In this document: piece after piece, positions 48,262-57,099 of the stretch
Position numbering within the stretch: position 1 is the stretch's first letter
How the letters are laid out: the number at the start of each line of letters is the position of its first letter
Origin: Bacteroidales bacterium
GTDB lineage: Bacteria > Bacteroidota > Bacteroidia > Bacteroidales > ML635J-15
Length of the DNA: 57,099 nt
Direction of reading: 5' to 3'
NCBI GenBank assembly: GCA_023228725.1
Contig: JALOAQ010000001.1
Coordinates: 1-57,099 of the forward strand
Program-made: the position numbers and the translations under genes
Notes under the pieces: model-generated
Told to the model about the DNA's origin: nothing
Database searches by the model: none
What the model saw: the letters and a program-made list of their open reading frames with translations, nothing else

Positions 48262-49275
48262 CTATTCACCTTTCATATCTATAACTTCAAGATTTTTATT
48301 TATTATTTCCATACTAAGTTTTACAGATTCGGCTATTGCAGCTTCAATATCGTCATCTTGTACACCTAAAAAATCACAGGCTAAAGATTTATCAATAAAC
48401 TGATCCGAACATTGCAAACTAGTAAATTTTACAGGATGTAAGCCTGGCTCTAAGTTGGCTTTAATATGTTCTTTTAAAGTTTTGCGTGCAGACATTTTTA
48501 TTAAAAATGTTGGTAAAGTAATTATTTTTCTATCTGGAACTCCCATATATTTATGGAAAATTTTCAACATTTCTGGCCATTTCATATTATAATAACCAAT
48601 TGGATAAGCATTTCCACCTTTATTTTTTTCTAAAGCACCTGCTATTGCTTGTCCCACTTGCTTTACTGTCAGCATTGTAGTTCCACCTTTGGGATACATA
48701 GTTTTTTTGCCCATTTTTAAAAGCATTTCAACTAAAAACACCCAAACTGGTTTTCTACCTGGCTGAGTTCCAAAGATATAAGGCAATTCCAAAACAGCAA
48801 CATCAAAATTTTCATCTGCAAAACTTAAGCTCATATTCAACTGGTCAACTCTACTACGAATATAAGGATGCCATTTATACAACTCATCTTTGGGACGAAC
48901 CCTTTCAAAATATGTAAAATAAGAACCGCAAACAACTGCATGTTTTAGCCCAACTTCTTTTGCAAATTTTAAAATTCTTTCTAAGGCATCAATATTAAAC
49001 TTTTTAAACAAATCATAAATTGGTGCAGGTCCTGTAATCCTTTCATCAATTCCGGCAGCAAAAACAAAAGCGTCAAAGCCTTGCATTTTTTGTTTAAGCT
49101 CATCATCACTCATTTCCATAAAATTTCCAAATTCAACATTCATATCTTTTGGAAGAACCGAACCTGAGGGAAGAGGTGGTAAAGACAAACAACTTACTTG
49201 ATGACCCCTATTTATTAATTCTTCAGCTGCGACACTGCCAATCAGACCTGTGCCACCTATCATAAATACTTTCAT
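48262..49275 (-). CDS. NAD-dependent epimerase/dehydratase-family (extended SDR) protein
   Basis: MKVFMIGGTGLIGS Rossmann motif. Confidence 0.75.
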   Translation of the reverse strand: MKVFMIGGTGLIGSVAAEELINRGHQVSCLSLPPLPSGSVLPKDMNVEFGNFMEMSDDELKQKMQGFDAFVFAAGIDERITGPAPIYDLFKKFNIDALERILKFAKEVGLKHAVVCGSYFTYFERVRPKDELYKWHPYIRSRVDQLNMSLSFADENFDVAVLELPYIFGTQPGRKPVWVFLVEMLLKMGKKTMYPKGGTTMLTVKQVGQAIAGALEKNKGGNAYPIGYYNMKWPEMLKIFHKYMGVPDRKIITLPTFLIKMSARKTLKEHIKANLEPGLHPVKFTSLQCSDQFIDKSLACDFLGVQDDDIEAAIAESVKLSMEIINKNLEVIDMKGE

Positions 49276-49349
49276 ATATATTAAAATTTAAGTTTATTGA
49301 ACTTAACAAAATCTAAGCACAAAAGTTGTTGGTTTTACTTAAAAAAACC

Positions 49350-50186
49350 TTATTGTATTACAATTTCCTTCAAAACAAAATACACATATACCCAAGGTAT
49401 TACAAAAATAAAGCTATCTAACCTGTCTAATAAACCACCGTGTCCGGGCAATGTGTTTCCTGAATCTTTTAAACTAATACTACGTTTAAAAAGCGATTCG
49501 ATTAAATCTCCTAAACTTCCAAAAACAATAACTATTACAGTAATTGATATCCAATCAAAACGGCTAAGATTTGGAATAAAATAGGACATAAAAAAACCGA
49601 TAAGTAAAGTAAAAACACTTCCTCCAATTGCACCTTCCCATGATTTTTTTGGCGACACTCTTTCAAAAAGTCTATGTTTTCCTAATGGAACACCTATCAC
49701 ATAAGACATAGAGTCAAAAATCCAAATTAAAACTAATATTCCAAGTAAAATTTGTGGTAAAAATTGAATTTGATTATCCCCTAAATCTTTATAACTAATT
49801 GTCTGAGCCAAAGCTAATGGCAAACTAATATAAACCAATGATAAAATGCTGAAAGCTAAGTTTCTAATTGGATTTTCAAGATTTCTGAAAAGCTCTTCTA
49901 TAAAAATAAAAAACAAAGGAATTAATAATAAAACATAAAGTTTTGAGCTTATTTCAAAATTAATTACAAGAAAATTTATTAAAATAAATAAAACACCTGT
50001 AAAAATACTTGTGAAACTAATGGGCTTAGCTTTATCATGTTTTACAATTCTAAAAAACTCAATTTTTAGCCAAATATCTGCAATAATCAAAAATGCGAGT
50101 AAAGACCATTGGTTTAGCAAAACCATTGATATACAGACAATTACGAAAACCAAGCCTGTTAAAGTTCTTTTATAAAAATTATTCAA
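49350..50186 (-). CDS. cdsA: phosphatidate cytidylyltransferase
   Basis: SLFKRSISLKDSGNTLPGHGGLLDRLDS signature. Apparent TTG start lies 3 nt after the ftsH stop. Confidence 0.9.
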   Translation of the reverse strand: MNNFYKRTLTGLVFVIVCISMVLLNQWSLLAFLIIADIWLKIEFFRIVKHDKAKPISFTSIFTGVLFILINFLVINFEISSKLYVLLLIPLFFIFIEELFRNLENPIRNLAFSILSLVYISLPLALAQTISYKDLGDNQIQFLPQILLGILVLIWIFDSMSYVIGVPLGKHRLFERVSPKKSWEGAIGGSVFTLLIGFFMSYFIPNLSRFDWISITVIVIVFGSLGDLIESLFKRSISLKDSGNTLPGHGGLLDRLDSFIFVIPWVYVYFVLKEIVIQ

Positions 50187-50188
50187 TT

Positions 50189-52210
50189 TTATTTAATTTC
50201 TGTTATATTAGTTTTATCTTGGTTAAAATTTACTGAGTCTGGACTTTCTTTATCACCTTTTCTTTTTCCAAAAATTCTTTCTAAATCGTCGCTAAAAATC
50301 ACTTCTTTTTCTAATAAAGTTTCTGCAAGTTCTGTAAGTCCGCTTATATTTTCTTTCAAAACATTAATTGCTCTTTGATATTGTTCTTCTACAATAGCTT
50401 TTACTTCGGCATCAATCAGTTCTGAAGTTTTTTCGCTATAAGGCTTAGTAAAACCAAAATCACTTTGTCCGCTTGAATCATAATAAGAAAGGTTTCCAAT
50501 TTTATCGCTCATTCCAAAAAAGCTTACCATAGCGAAAGCTTGTTTTGTAACTCTTTCCAAATCATTTAGAGCACCTGTAGAAACTTTTCCAAAATTAATT
50601 TCTTCTGAAGCTCTACCTCCGAGAGTTGAAGCCATTTCGTCTAAAATTTGCTCTTTAGTTGTAATTTGTCTTTCTTCTGGCAAATACCACGCAGCACCTA
50701 AGGCTCTACCTCTCGGAATAATTGTAACCTTAATCAATGGATTTGCATGTTCTAGCAACCAGCTAACCGTTGCGTGACCTGCTTCGTGAAAAGCTATAGT
50801 TCTTTTTTCACTTTGAGAAATAATTTTTGTTTTACGCTCCAAACCACCCACTATCCTATCCACAGCATCTAAAAAATCTTGTCTTTCAATTTCTTTTTTA
50901 CTTTTTCTTGCAGCAATCAAAGCAGCTTCGTTACAAACATTAGCAATATCGGCACCACTAAATCCTGGAGTTTGTTTTGCTAAAAAGCTAACATCTACTT
51001 CTTTAGACATTTTCAACTCACGGGTATGCACTTTAAAAATAGCTTCACGCTCTACTATATCAGGCAATTCCAAGTGTATTTGTCTATCGAAGCGACCTGC
51101 ACGCATTAGAGCACTATCTAAAATATCAGCACGGTTTGTGGCAGCAAGAATAATCACTCCGCTATTTGTATCAAAACCGTCCATTTCGGTAAGAAGTTGG
51201 TTTAAGGTATTTTCTCTTTCATCATTTCCACCAAAATTAGCATTTTTTCCTCTTGCTCTACCAATAGCATCGATTTCGTCAATAAAAATAATACAAGGAG
51301 CTTTAGCTTTAGCTTGTTTAAATAAATCACGAACTCTAGAAGCACCAACTCCTACAAACATTTCAACAAAATCTGAGCCACTAAGCGAAAAGAAAGGCAC
51401 ATTAGCTTCGCCTGCAACAGCTTTAGCGAGCAAAGTTTTTCCTGTTCCTGGAGGACCTACTAATAAGGCACCTTTTGGAATTTTCCCACCAAGTTTTGTG
51501 TATTTTTCTGAATTTTTAAGAAAATCTACAATTTCCATAATTTCAACTTTAGCTTCTTCAAGTCCGGCCACATCGTTAAAATTTACTTTCACTCTTCTTT
51601 CATCATCAAAAACTTGAGCCTTAGATTTTCCTATATTAAAAATTTGATTTCCACCACCTCCACCTCCGCTCATTCTGCGAAAGACAAAAAACCATATTCC
51701 TATTATAATAGCAAAAGGCAAAACCCAGCTTAAAATCTCGCCAATATAATTATGTTTAGTCTCATATTGTGCAGCAATTCTTTGACCAGGTTCAAGGTCT
51801 TTTTGTGCTTCTGCAAGTTGAATTTCAAAAGATTCTACAGAACCAATTTTAAAGAAATAATGTGGACCGGTATTTTTTGAAAAATTAAAAGCTCCGGGTT
51901 TTCCAACATCATCATACTTATCTTTACTTAAAGCTTCGTTTTTTAAGTAAATATCAACTTTATCTTTATTTACAACAACAATTTTTTCAAGATCACCTGA
52001 AAAAAGTAATTCTGTTTCAAATTTTTGCCTATCAATTTCTTTTGTTTTAGAACCAAAATCCATAAAAGTAAAAGCCAAAAATATTCCGAACAAAATAACA
52101 TATAACCAAACTTTATTTGGTGAGTTTGGCTTTTTATTGCCGGTATTTGGGGTGTTAGGTTTTTTATTGCCTTTATTAAACCCTTTATTTTTATTTTCCA
52201 TTTTTTTCAT
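50189..52210 (-). CDS. ftsH: ATP-dependent zinc metalloprotease FtsH
   Basis: GPPGTGKT, DEIDA, HEAGH. The ATG at 52210 (MKKMENK) is preferred over the TTG at 52225. Confidence 0.95.
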   Translation of the reverse strand: MKKMENKNKGFNKGNKKPNTPNTGNKKPNSPNKVWLYVILFGIFLAFTFMDFGSKTKEIDRQKFETELLFSGDLEKIVVVNKDKVDIYLKNEALSKDKYDDVGKPGAFNFSKNTGPHYFFKIGSVESFEIQLAEAQKDLEPGQRIAAQYETKHNYIGEILSWVLPFAIIIGIWFFVFRRMSGGGGGGNQIFNIGKSKAQVFDDERRVKVNFNDVAGLEEAKVEIMEIVDFLKNSEKYTKLGGKIPKGALLVGPPGTGKTLLAKAVAGEANVPFFSLSGSDFVEMFVGVGASRVRDLFKQAKAKAPCIIFIDEIDAIGRARGKNANFGGNDERENTLNQLLTEMDGFDTNSGVIILAATNRADILDSALMRAGRFDRQIHLELPDIVEREAIFKVHTRELKMSKEVDVSFLAKQTPGFSGADIANVCNEAALIAARKSKKEIERQDFLDAVDRIVGGLERKTKIISQSEKRTIAFHEAGHATVSWLLEHANPLIKVTIIPRGRALGAAWYLPEERQITTKEQILDEMASTLGGRASEEINFGKVSTGALNDLERVTKQAFAMVSFFGMSDKIGNLSYYDSSGQSDFGFTKPYSEKTSELIDAEVKAIVEEQYQRAINVLKENISGLTELAETLLEKEVIFSDDLERIFGKRKGDKESPDSVNFNQDKTNITEIK

Positions 52211-52234
52211 ATTATCAATAAACAACTAAAAAGA

Positions 52235-52615
52235 CTAATTATTGTTTAAATCTATTTCTACAATTTCTCCATCAGCCCACAACTGCTCTAAGCGGTAAAA
52301 ATTACGAGATTTAGCTTGAAAAACATGAACCATAACATTTACATAATCTAGCAATATCCATTCTTTATTTTCATAACCTTCTTTTTGCCAAACTTTATCA
52401 TCAAGAATTTTTTTAACATTATGTTCAATATATTGTGCTAATGTATTTACATGAGTTTCAGAATTTCCTGTGCAAATTACAAAATAATCGCAAACACTAC
52501 TGCCTGTTTTTTGCAAATCCAAAATTAAAATATCTTCACCTTTTTTTTCTAAAATTGACTCATTTATGACTTTTATTAAAGTCTGGGCATCATTAGTAAT
52601 TATTTTTTTTATCAT
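52235..52615 (-). CDS. rsfS: ribosome silencing factor RsfS
   Basis: DYFVICTG.S..HV and W.L.DY..V.VH.F motifs; ~125 aa. Confidence 0.9.
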   Translation of the reverse strand: MIKKIITNDAQTLIKVINESILEKKGEDILILDLQKTGSSVCDYFVICTGNSETHVNTLAQYIEHNVKKILDDKVWQKEGYENKEWILLDYVNVMVHVFQAKSRNFYRLEQLWADGEIVEIDLNNN

Positions 52616-52630
52616 CTAAACATTTTTTTG

Positions 52631-52638
52631 CAAACATA
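52631..52638 (-). promoter_or_regulatory. -7 promoter box (TATGTTTG) for rsfS-ftsH-cdsA
   Basis: Reverse complement matches TAnnTTTG, 15 nt upstream of the rsfS ATG. Confidence 0.5.
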
Positions 52639-52789
52639 CATAAAATTAATAGTTTTTTACCTAACTATTTAGCAAAAATGTAGGCGGCATTCGTTAAATT
52701 CAGAATTAAGCAAGTCTTAAGTGCAATTTTAAATTATTTTGAATTTATGAACATTTAAACATTCTGGCTTATTCTTAATTTTATTTATT

Positions 52790-52893
52790 AAAAAAGTTCG
52801 AGTTTTAAAAGTCGAACCGATTTGAGGACAAAAAACGAAACTTTATTTGAGAATTTACGTATAATTTAAGATGGGGTATTGGTTTTAGGTTTT
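52790..52893. repeat. repeat module A, copy 2
   Basis: Matches 5971-6079. Hairpin gttcga(52796-52801)/tcgaac(52812-52817) lies next to an A6 run, which reads as hairpin plus T-run on the minus strand. Confidence 0.8.
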
Positions 52894-52975
52894 GTAAAAG
52901 CAAGAAAATGGGGTTTTGGCGGGATTTTTGCCATTTATTGCAAAAATCATGACAAAACAAGCAGAAAATTTCAAC
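52893..52975. repeat. repeat module B, copy 2 (directly abutting module A)
   Basis: Matches 3529-3605. Hairpin gatttttgc(52923-52931)/gcaaaaatc(52940-52948) is at the same position as the copy-1 hairpin but has a different loop. Confidence 0.8.
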
Positions 52976-53026
52976 AAATTTAATACTCGTAAATAATTTA
53001 GCTTTTAACTTTCGACTTTCAATAAC

Positions 53027-53875
53027 CTACAATTCTTTTTTTAGTATTTCGATTTCCTCTTTAGTTAATCCGGTAGTATTAACAATAATTTCAATAGCAA
53101 CACCTACTTTTAATAAATTCTTTGCTATTTCAATCTTTTCTTTTTTTCTTCCTTCCATTTCTGCTGTATCAACAGTATTTACTAAATCTCTGTAATATTT
53201 TAAACTGTCTTCATATTCTTGCCGTTCTTTTTGAGAAAACTGTGCAATTTCAGCAGTTTTAAAAAGTTTTTCAAATATGCGTTCTTGTAATGCTTTCGGT
53301 CTGCCTTGTAAGTCTGGTAAATGTTTTAATACAAACAGCCATTTATCAATGCTCGTTGTTAATTCAGCCTCAGTCTTAAGGAATTTGGGCATTTCTAAAT
53401 AAATATATGTTAGTTTATCGTAAAAAATGGTGTTTTTCTCAATCTCAGATAGTTTTACTTTATGTATGAGTTTTTCAGGCTCATTTTTGTGTTCGTCAAA
53501 TACAAAATCGAGTATGCCAATTGTATAAACTGCTTTTAATTCAAAGTTCCAGTTTCCTCGTTTGGCTTGCTCTTGTATGGGGAAAGTAGAATAATAAATA
53601 CTTCTGTCTTTAAAAAAGTTCTGTTTGACTTTTTGCAATTCAACTATAAACTTTTCGCCTTTTTCATTCTCACAGTATAAATCAAATATCGCTTTACTTC
53701 CAGTATCGAATGAACTAAGATGTTCGTTTTTTAAATAAGTCAGATTTTTGATTTGCTGTTCGCCAATTAACAGATTATTCAGAAAATCAATCAGCAAGTC
53801 CTTGTTGACTTCTTCGCCAAATAACTTTTTAAAACCAAAGTCGGTAAATGGATTTACGTATTTTTCTTTAAGCAT
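53027..53875 (-). CDS. Rpn/YhgA-family recombination-promoting nuclease (PD-(D/E)XK putative transposase)
   Basis: YVNPFTDFGFKKLFGEE.NKDLLIDFLN.LL N-terminus and DLYCENEKGEKFIVELQ nuclease core. A C-terminal helical repeat region follows. Confidence 0.85.
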   Translation of the reverse strand: MLKEKYVNPFTDFGFKKLFGEEVNKDLLIDFLNNLLIGEQQIKNLTYLKNEHLSSFDTGSKAIFDLYCENEKGEKFIVELQKVKQNFFKDRSIYYSTFPIQEQAKRGNWNFELKAVYTIGILDFVFDEHKNEPEKLIHKVKLSEIEKNTIFYDKLTYIYLEMPKFLKTEAELTTSIDKWLFVLKHLPDLQGRPKALQERIFEKLFKTAEIAQFSQKERQEYEDSLKYYRDLVNTVDTAEMEGRKKEKIEIAKNLLKVGVAIEIIVNTTGLTKEEIEILKKEL

Positions 53876-53899
53876 AGAACTCTATTAAAACAGTTTTTA

Positions 53900-53907
53900 C
53901 AAAGATA
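53900..53907 (-). promoter_or_regulatory. -7 promoter box (TATCTTTG) for the Rpn-family gene
   Basis: Reverse complement matches TAnnTTTG, 24 nt upstream of the ATG at 53875. Confidence 0.45.
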
Positions 53908-53989
53908 AGTAATTTAATTTAAAGACAGTGTAATATTCAAAAAAAGCGTTGATATAATCTAATTATTTTGGTTTAAAAATGCTGCACTT

Positions 53990-54271
53990 TTAATGAATAT
54001 TAACAAAACTAATTGGACAGTTTTGGATTGTTATATACATGGGGACAATTTTGGCTTTGTCTCGCTTGACGATTGCTTGGGCAATTTCTTCGATTGTGGG
54101 GGAAATTTTGCCTACTGTTTTGCTGATTTTTGGTCGAAAATAAATACCTGTGGCAACTCGGTCTATTTCGCCCAATGCCTCTAATTGAGTAATAAAATTA
54201 TTTGTAACGGCTTTTTCTGAAATTGCATTTGCATCTCTTATATTATTAAAAGTTGCATTTACTAATTGAAC
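53990..54271 (-). pseudogene. AbiEi/DUF6088-like antitoxin-type gene fragment
   Basis: The stop-free frame reads ...NAISEKAVTNNFITQLEALGEIDRVATGIYFRPKISKTVGKISPTIEEIAQAIVKRDKAKIVP, matching the pattern L...G.I.RV..GIY..PK.....G...P....IA.AI. There is no ATG, and the frame ends after ~90 aa where family members continue. Confidence 0.35.
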
Positions 54272-54290
54272 TTACTACGAAATAAAAGAA

Positions 54291-54317
54291 AAAAAGCCGA
54301 CAATAACCGGCTTTTTT
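54291..54317 (-). terminator. intrinsic terminator downstream of the 573-aa gene
   Basis: aaaaagccg-(8 nt)-cggcttttt, a symmetric hairpin with T/A runs. Confidence 0.65.
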
Positions 54318-54341
54318 AATATTCTATATTTTATCTTTAAT

Positions 54342-56063
54342 TTATTTTTTTATTTCAAGCTTTTGTGACTTATATTTATTTGAGTCCGCTCCTTTTAATT
54401 CAACAGTTTTTTGTGGTCCTTCATGAAATAGTTCTTTATGAATATCTTGTTTTTTAGCTTGATCAACTTCTAATTGAGATTTTAAATGAGCATCTATTTG
54501 AGGAGTAGATTGTTGGGATTTAACAGGTTTTGAAGCGACAGCAATCCAATTAAACTTAAAATTATTCGCATCTTCAACAGCTAAGGTAAATCCTGTACTT
54601 GATTGAGATTTAATATAATAATCTTTTACCGATGACATTGGAGTAACGCTAACAACAGGTTCTGAGCCTTGGAAATCTTTATTATAATTTACAAAAATTT
54701 CATTACCATTTAAGCTGGCTGTGCCAAAATCAAAAATTTCAGTCATTTGCTCTTTTATCTCGTCAATATCACGACGGTTTATTTGAACTCCTGTTATTCC
54801 AAGTGTTGTCAAACTATAAATATCTATTCCTGAAAAACTATTATCTTGTACAAAATCAGGAGTTTCATCTAAAATAAACCCCATATGCATATTATAACGA
54901 GTGCGTTGCTCATTACCGGCGATTTTTACATCATTTTCGCTTTTATATTTATAAAAACTAGGTTTCATTGCCATAATATTATTCATAAGATAAGAATTAA
55001 CATTTTCATCAAAATATGTAATATCACGTTTTAGTTCACGCCTAGAAGCCTGAGTAGCAGAATAATAAAAAAGTCCATACCACTCTATACCTGGAGCTCC
55101 AATACCGCCATATCCACCCGCATCCGGAGCTATTGTAATTTCTCCTGCAGCATTATTTATTAAAGCATTTACACCATATCCGGTTGCATCAGGTGCTGTG
55201 CCACTCTTAAACTGAGCCCAGCCAACGAGCAAGAGACCTGGATTAAGTGGACTTTGTGCAGCTCCTGCTGCTTGGATAGCCGGACTTGTATAGTCATTAG
55301 TTTCTGCAAAAAGCCCAGGATAACTTTGAGAATGAAAATACCCGCCAAAAGATTTATTATTCCCTTGCCCTTTTACACCCCAACTGGCACCTGCTGGGCT
55401 ATTACTAGAAGCTTCACCCCAAACTCCTGCTCCTATACCTGTACCTTCGTGATAGCCAGAAATTCCTGATGAAATATTTGTACCTGTTAAACTAGTATTA
55501 GTTATAGCCTGAACTGTTGGATAAGGATTTGTTGTTTTTGTAATTTCTGCAAATAATGCAGCGCCAAATTCAGTATGCAATACTTCTATTCCAGCCGTAG
55601 CTGCAGGAATACTTGCTCCTTTATTACTTTCAACATAAAGAGCAGCAAGGTCAGTTCCGCTAGAAGGTAATTTTATCTCCACTGCTCCATTGTTTGCATT
55701 TATTATTCTTCCGGCGCCTGCTCCACCACAATTATATGCTCCATCAAGAGTTGTACACTCACTAGAACCTCCTGCTCCAACCATTACCCATTGAGTGCCG
55801 TCCCAGTAATAAAATCCTTTTTCTAAACTACCGGCAGAATTATAAACCAATAAACCCGTAGCAGGATTATTTACGGGCGCGGTTCCATTATTTATAGCAA
55901 GTAATGTTACTCTTGGGATTAATAATCCCTTATCAGTTGCTGTCATGTCTAAAAGTGCAGAAGCATGCGGACTTGTTGTTCCAAATCCAACATTTTGTTG
56001 TGCATTAACAATGTTCATTACTAACAAAACATTGCAAAAAAGTATTAAAGCTAATTTTTTCAT
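54342..56063 (-). CDS. secreted tail-fibre-like protein with endosialidase-chaperone (S74)-like segment
   Basis: Signal peptide; NVGFGTTSPHASALLDM....KGLLIPRVT N-terminal motif typical of Bacteroidota tail-fibre-domain proteins; Gly/Ala-rich middle; SRRELKRDITYFDEN resembles the S-x-R-x-K-x-I autocleavage/chaperone motif. Confidence 0.55.
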   Translation of the reverse strand: MKKLALILFCNVLLVMNIVNAQQNVGFGTTSPHASALLDMTATDKGLLIPRVTLLAINNGTAPVNNPATGLLVYNSAGSLEKGFYYWDGTQWVMVGAGGSSECTTLDGAYNCGGAGAGRIINANNGAVEIKLPSSGTDLAALYVESNKGASIPAATAGIEVLHTEFGAALFAEITKTTNPYPTVQAITNTSLTGTNISSGISGYHEGTGIGAGVWGEASSNSPAGASWGVKGQGNNKSFGGYFHSQSYPGLFAETNDYTSPAIQAAGAAQSPLNPGLLLVGWAQFKSGTAPDATGYGVNALINNAAGEITIAPDAGGYGGIGAPGIEWYGLFYYSATQASRRELKRDITYFDENVNSYLMNNIMAMKPSFYKYKSENDVKIAGNEQRTRYNMHMGFILDETPDFVQDNSFSGIDIYSLTTLGITGVQINRRDIDEIKEQMTEIFDFGTASLNGNEIFVNYNKDFQGSEPVVSVTPMSSVKDYYIKSQSSTGFTLAVEDANNFKFNWIAVASKPVKSQQSTPQIDAHLKSQLEVDQAKKQDIHKELFHEGPQKTVELKGADSNKYKSQKLEIKK

Positions 56064-56082
56064 ATTACTTAATTTTAATTTA

Positions 56083-57099
56083 TTATCTCATTATAGTTAC
56101 TATTCCTAAAAATTCTTTATCAATATTTTTTAATTCTAAAACATAAACATAAGCTCCAGTTGGCAAAGGTTTACCATTGTACATTCCATCCCAATAAGGA
56201 CTTCCATAATATCCTTTATATACTTCCTGCCCCCAACGGTTAAATACTTTTAATATATGTTTATCAAAAGCATCTAAGTTTGTAATTATCCATTCATCAT
56301 TTATGCCGTCTCCATTAGGAGTAAAAGCATTTGGAATTTTAATACAATCATCATTTCCTTCATGCAAATATATATCTTCTGTAATTAAAAAACAAGAATT
56401 TTCATCTGTAATTGTAATATTATAAATTCCTGCTATTAATTCGCTAAAAATAATTGTATCACTTTGCACAGAAATATTATTAATTTCATAAGTATATGGA
56501 GCAGTTCCACCTGAAGCCGCTATTATAATTTCTCCATCATTACCTCCCATACAATAAGGATGACGCAAACTATATGAATACGAATTTACACCTTCAATAA
56601 CTTTAATATCAATTGAACCTGAACTTGAACATGTTCCTTCTATTGCATATTCAATATGATGTGTGCCAATCCCGGCTTCTGCAACATTGAACAAACCATT
56701 TGAAGAAACTCCATTTCCTGTCCATATTCCGCCTAAATTAGATACTTCTAATTGGATAAATATAGAGTCAAAACATATTGTTTCTATTGGGCTAATGTTT
56801 GCATCAAGTGATTCTAAAACATTGATTATAATAGAATTAGAACCTGTGCAACCCGATTGTGTAATTTCATAAGTAATTGTGTTTGCTCCAATATTTGCAG
56901 AGCTTGGATCAAATTCGCCAGAGCTTGAAACTCCTGTGCCAGACCAAGTTCCACCGCCGGGAGTTGCAGATAAATTTACACTTGCATCAGTGGAGCAAAA
57001 ATCTCCAGGATTTGTAATATTTACAACAGGCGTTGGATTTACAGTTATTGTAATTTGGTCAGAATCCGAACAAGTGCCTGAACCAATATTATAACTAAT
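56083..57099 (-). CDS. large T9SS adhesin, C-terminal part (Ig-like repeats, SprB-type repeat, type B gliding-motility C-terminal domain); 5' end beyond window
   Basis: The frame is open to the window edge (ISYNIGSGTCSDSDQITITVNP...). Repeats of G.W.G.GVSS.G.F.P..AG.G.H.I.Y are present. C-terminus reads IPNAFTPNGDGINDEW.I......H.LKVFNRWGQ.VY. Confidence 0.8.
   Translation of the reverse strand: MSYNIGSGTCSDSDQITITVNPTPVVNITNPGDFCSTDASVNLSATPGGGTWSGTGVSSSGEFDPSSANIGANTITYEITQSGCTGSNSIIINVLESLDANISPIETICFDSIFIQLEVSNLGGIWTGNGVSSNGLFNVAEAGIGTHHIEYAIEGTCSSSGSIDIKVIEGVNSYSYSLRHPYCMGGNDGEIIIAASGGTAPYTYEINNISVQSDTIIFSELIAGIYNITITDENSCFLITEDIYLHEGNDDCIKIPNAFTPNGDGINDEWIITNLDAFDKHILKVFNRWGQEVYKGYYGSPYWDGMYNGKPLPTGAYVYVLELKNIDKEFLGIVTIMR

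Noticed and set aside
51138-51617. 159-aa ORF antisense to ftsH
   Set aside because: It lies entirely inside a strongly supported gene on the other strand. It has a Ser/Pro/Leu-rich low-complexity composition typical of shadow ORFs.
53993-54184. 63-aa plus-strand ORF
   Set aside because: It is antisense to the better-supported AbiEi-like frame, and its Cys/Phe/Gly-rich sequence has no motif.
1-57099. Search for CRISPR arrays, rRNA genes, integrases or transposases of standard families
   Set aside because: No regularly spaced direct repeats and no rRNA-like sequence were seen. The only recombination-type gene is the Rpn/YhgA-family nuclease.

Overview
Low-GC Bacteroidota chromosome segment. 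The evidence is the many TAnnTTTG -7 promoter boxes, T9SS sorting domains, and the pdxJ / CBS / nadK / DUF6089 / uppS / bamA / ompH / murI envelope cluster. Most of the window is ordinary housekeeping: metG, iorAB, clpS, htpG, hppA, greA, purH, rpsP-rimM, cdsA-ftsH-rsfS and one tRNA-Arg(TCT). There is no rRNA and no CRISPR array.

There are three accessory patches.

(i) 3.5-6.1 kb holds a two-gene restriction-modification cassette. Both proteins look like close homologues of R.EcoRI and M.EcoRI. The cassette is bracketed by 35-bp imperfect direct repeats, has a C10 tract upstream of its promoter, and lies between the two halves of a bipartite repeat.

(ii) 41.4-44.1 kb holds a second type II RM module. 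Its PD-(D/E)XK nuclease reading frame is broken at an A6 run. An intact beta-class SPPY methyltransferase follows, and its 3' end abuts a truncated rhuM gene.

(iii) 52.6-54.3 kb holds the contiguous copy of the bipartite repeat, an Rpn/YhgA-type nuclease gene and a decayed AbiEi/DUF6088-like fragment. Next to it are a tail-fibre-like secreted protein and a T9SS adhesin.

I did not find a convincing multi-gene system of wholly unknown type. The most unusual signal is the hairpin-containing A/B repeat, which is contiguous at 52.8 kb but split and order-swapped around the EcoRI-like cassette. All homology statements come from motif recognition by eye, not from database searches.
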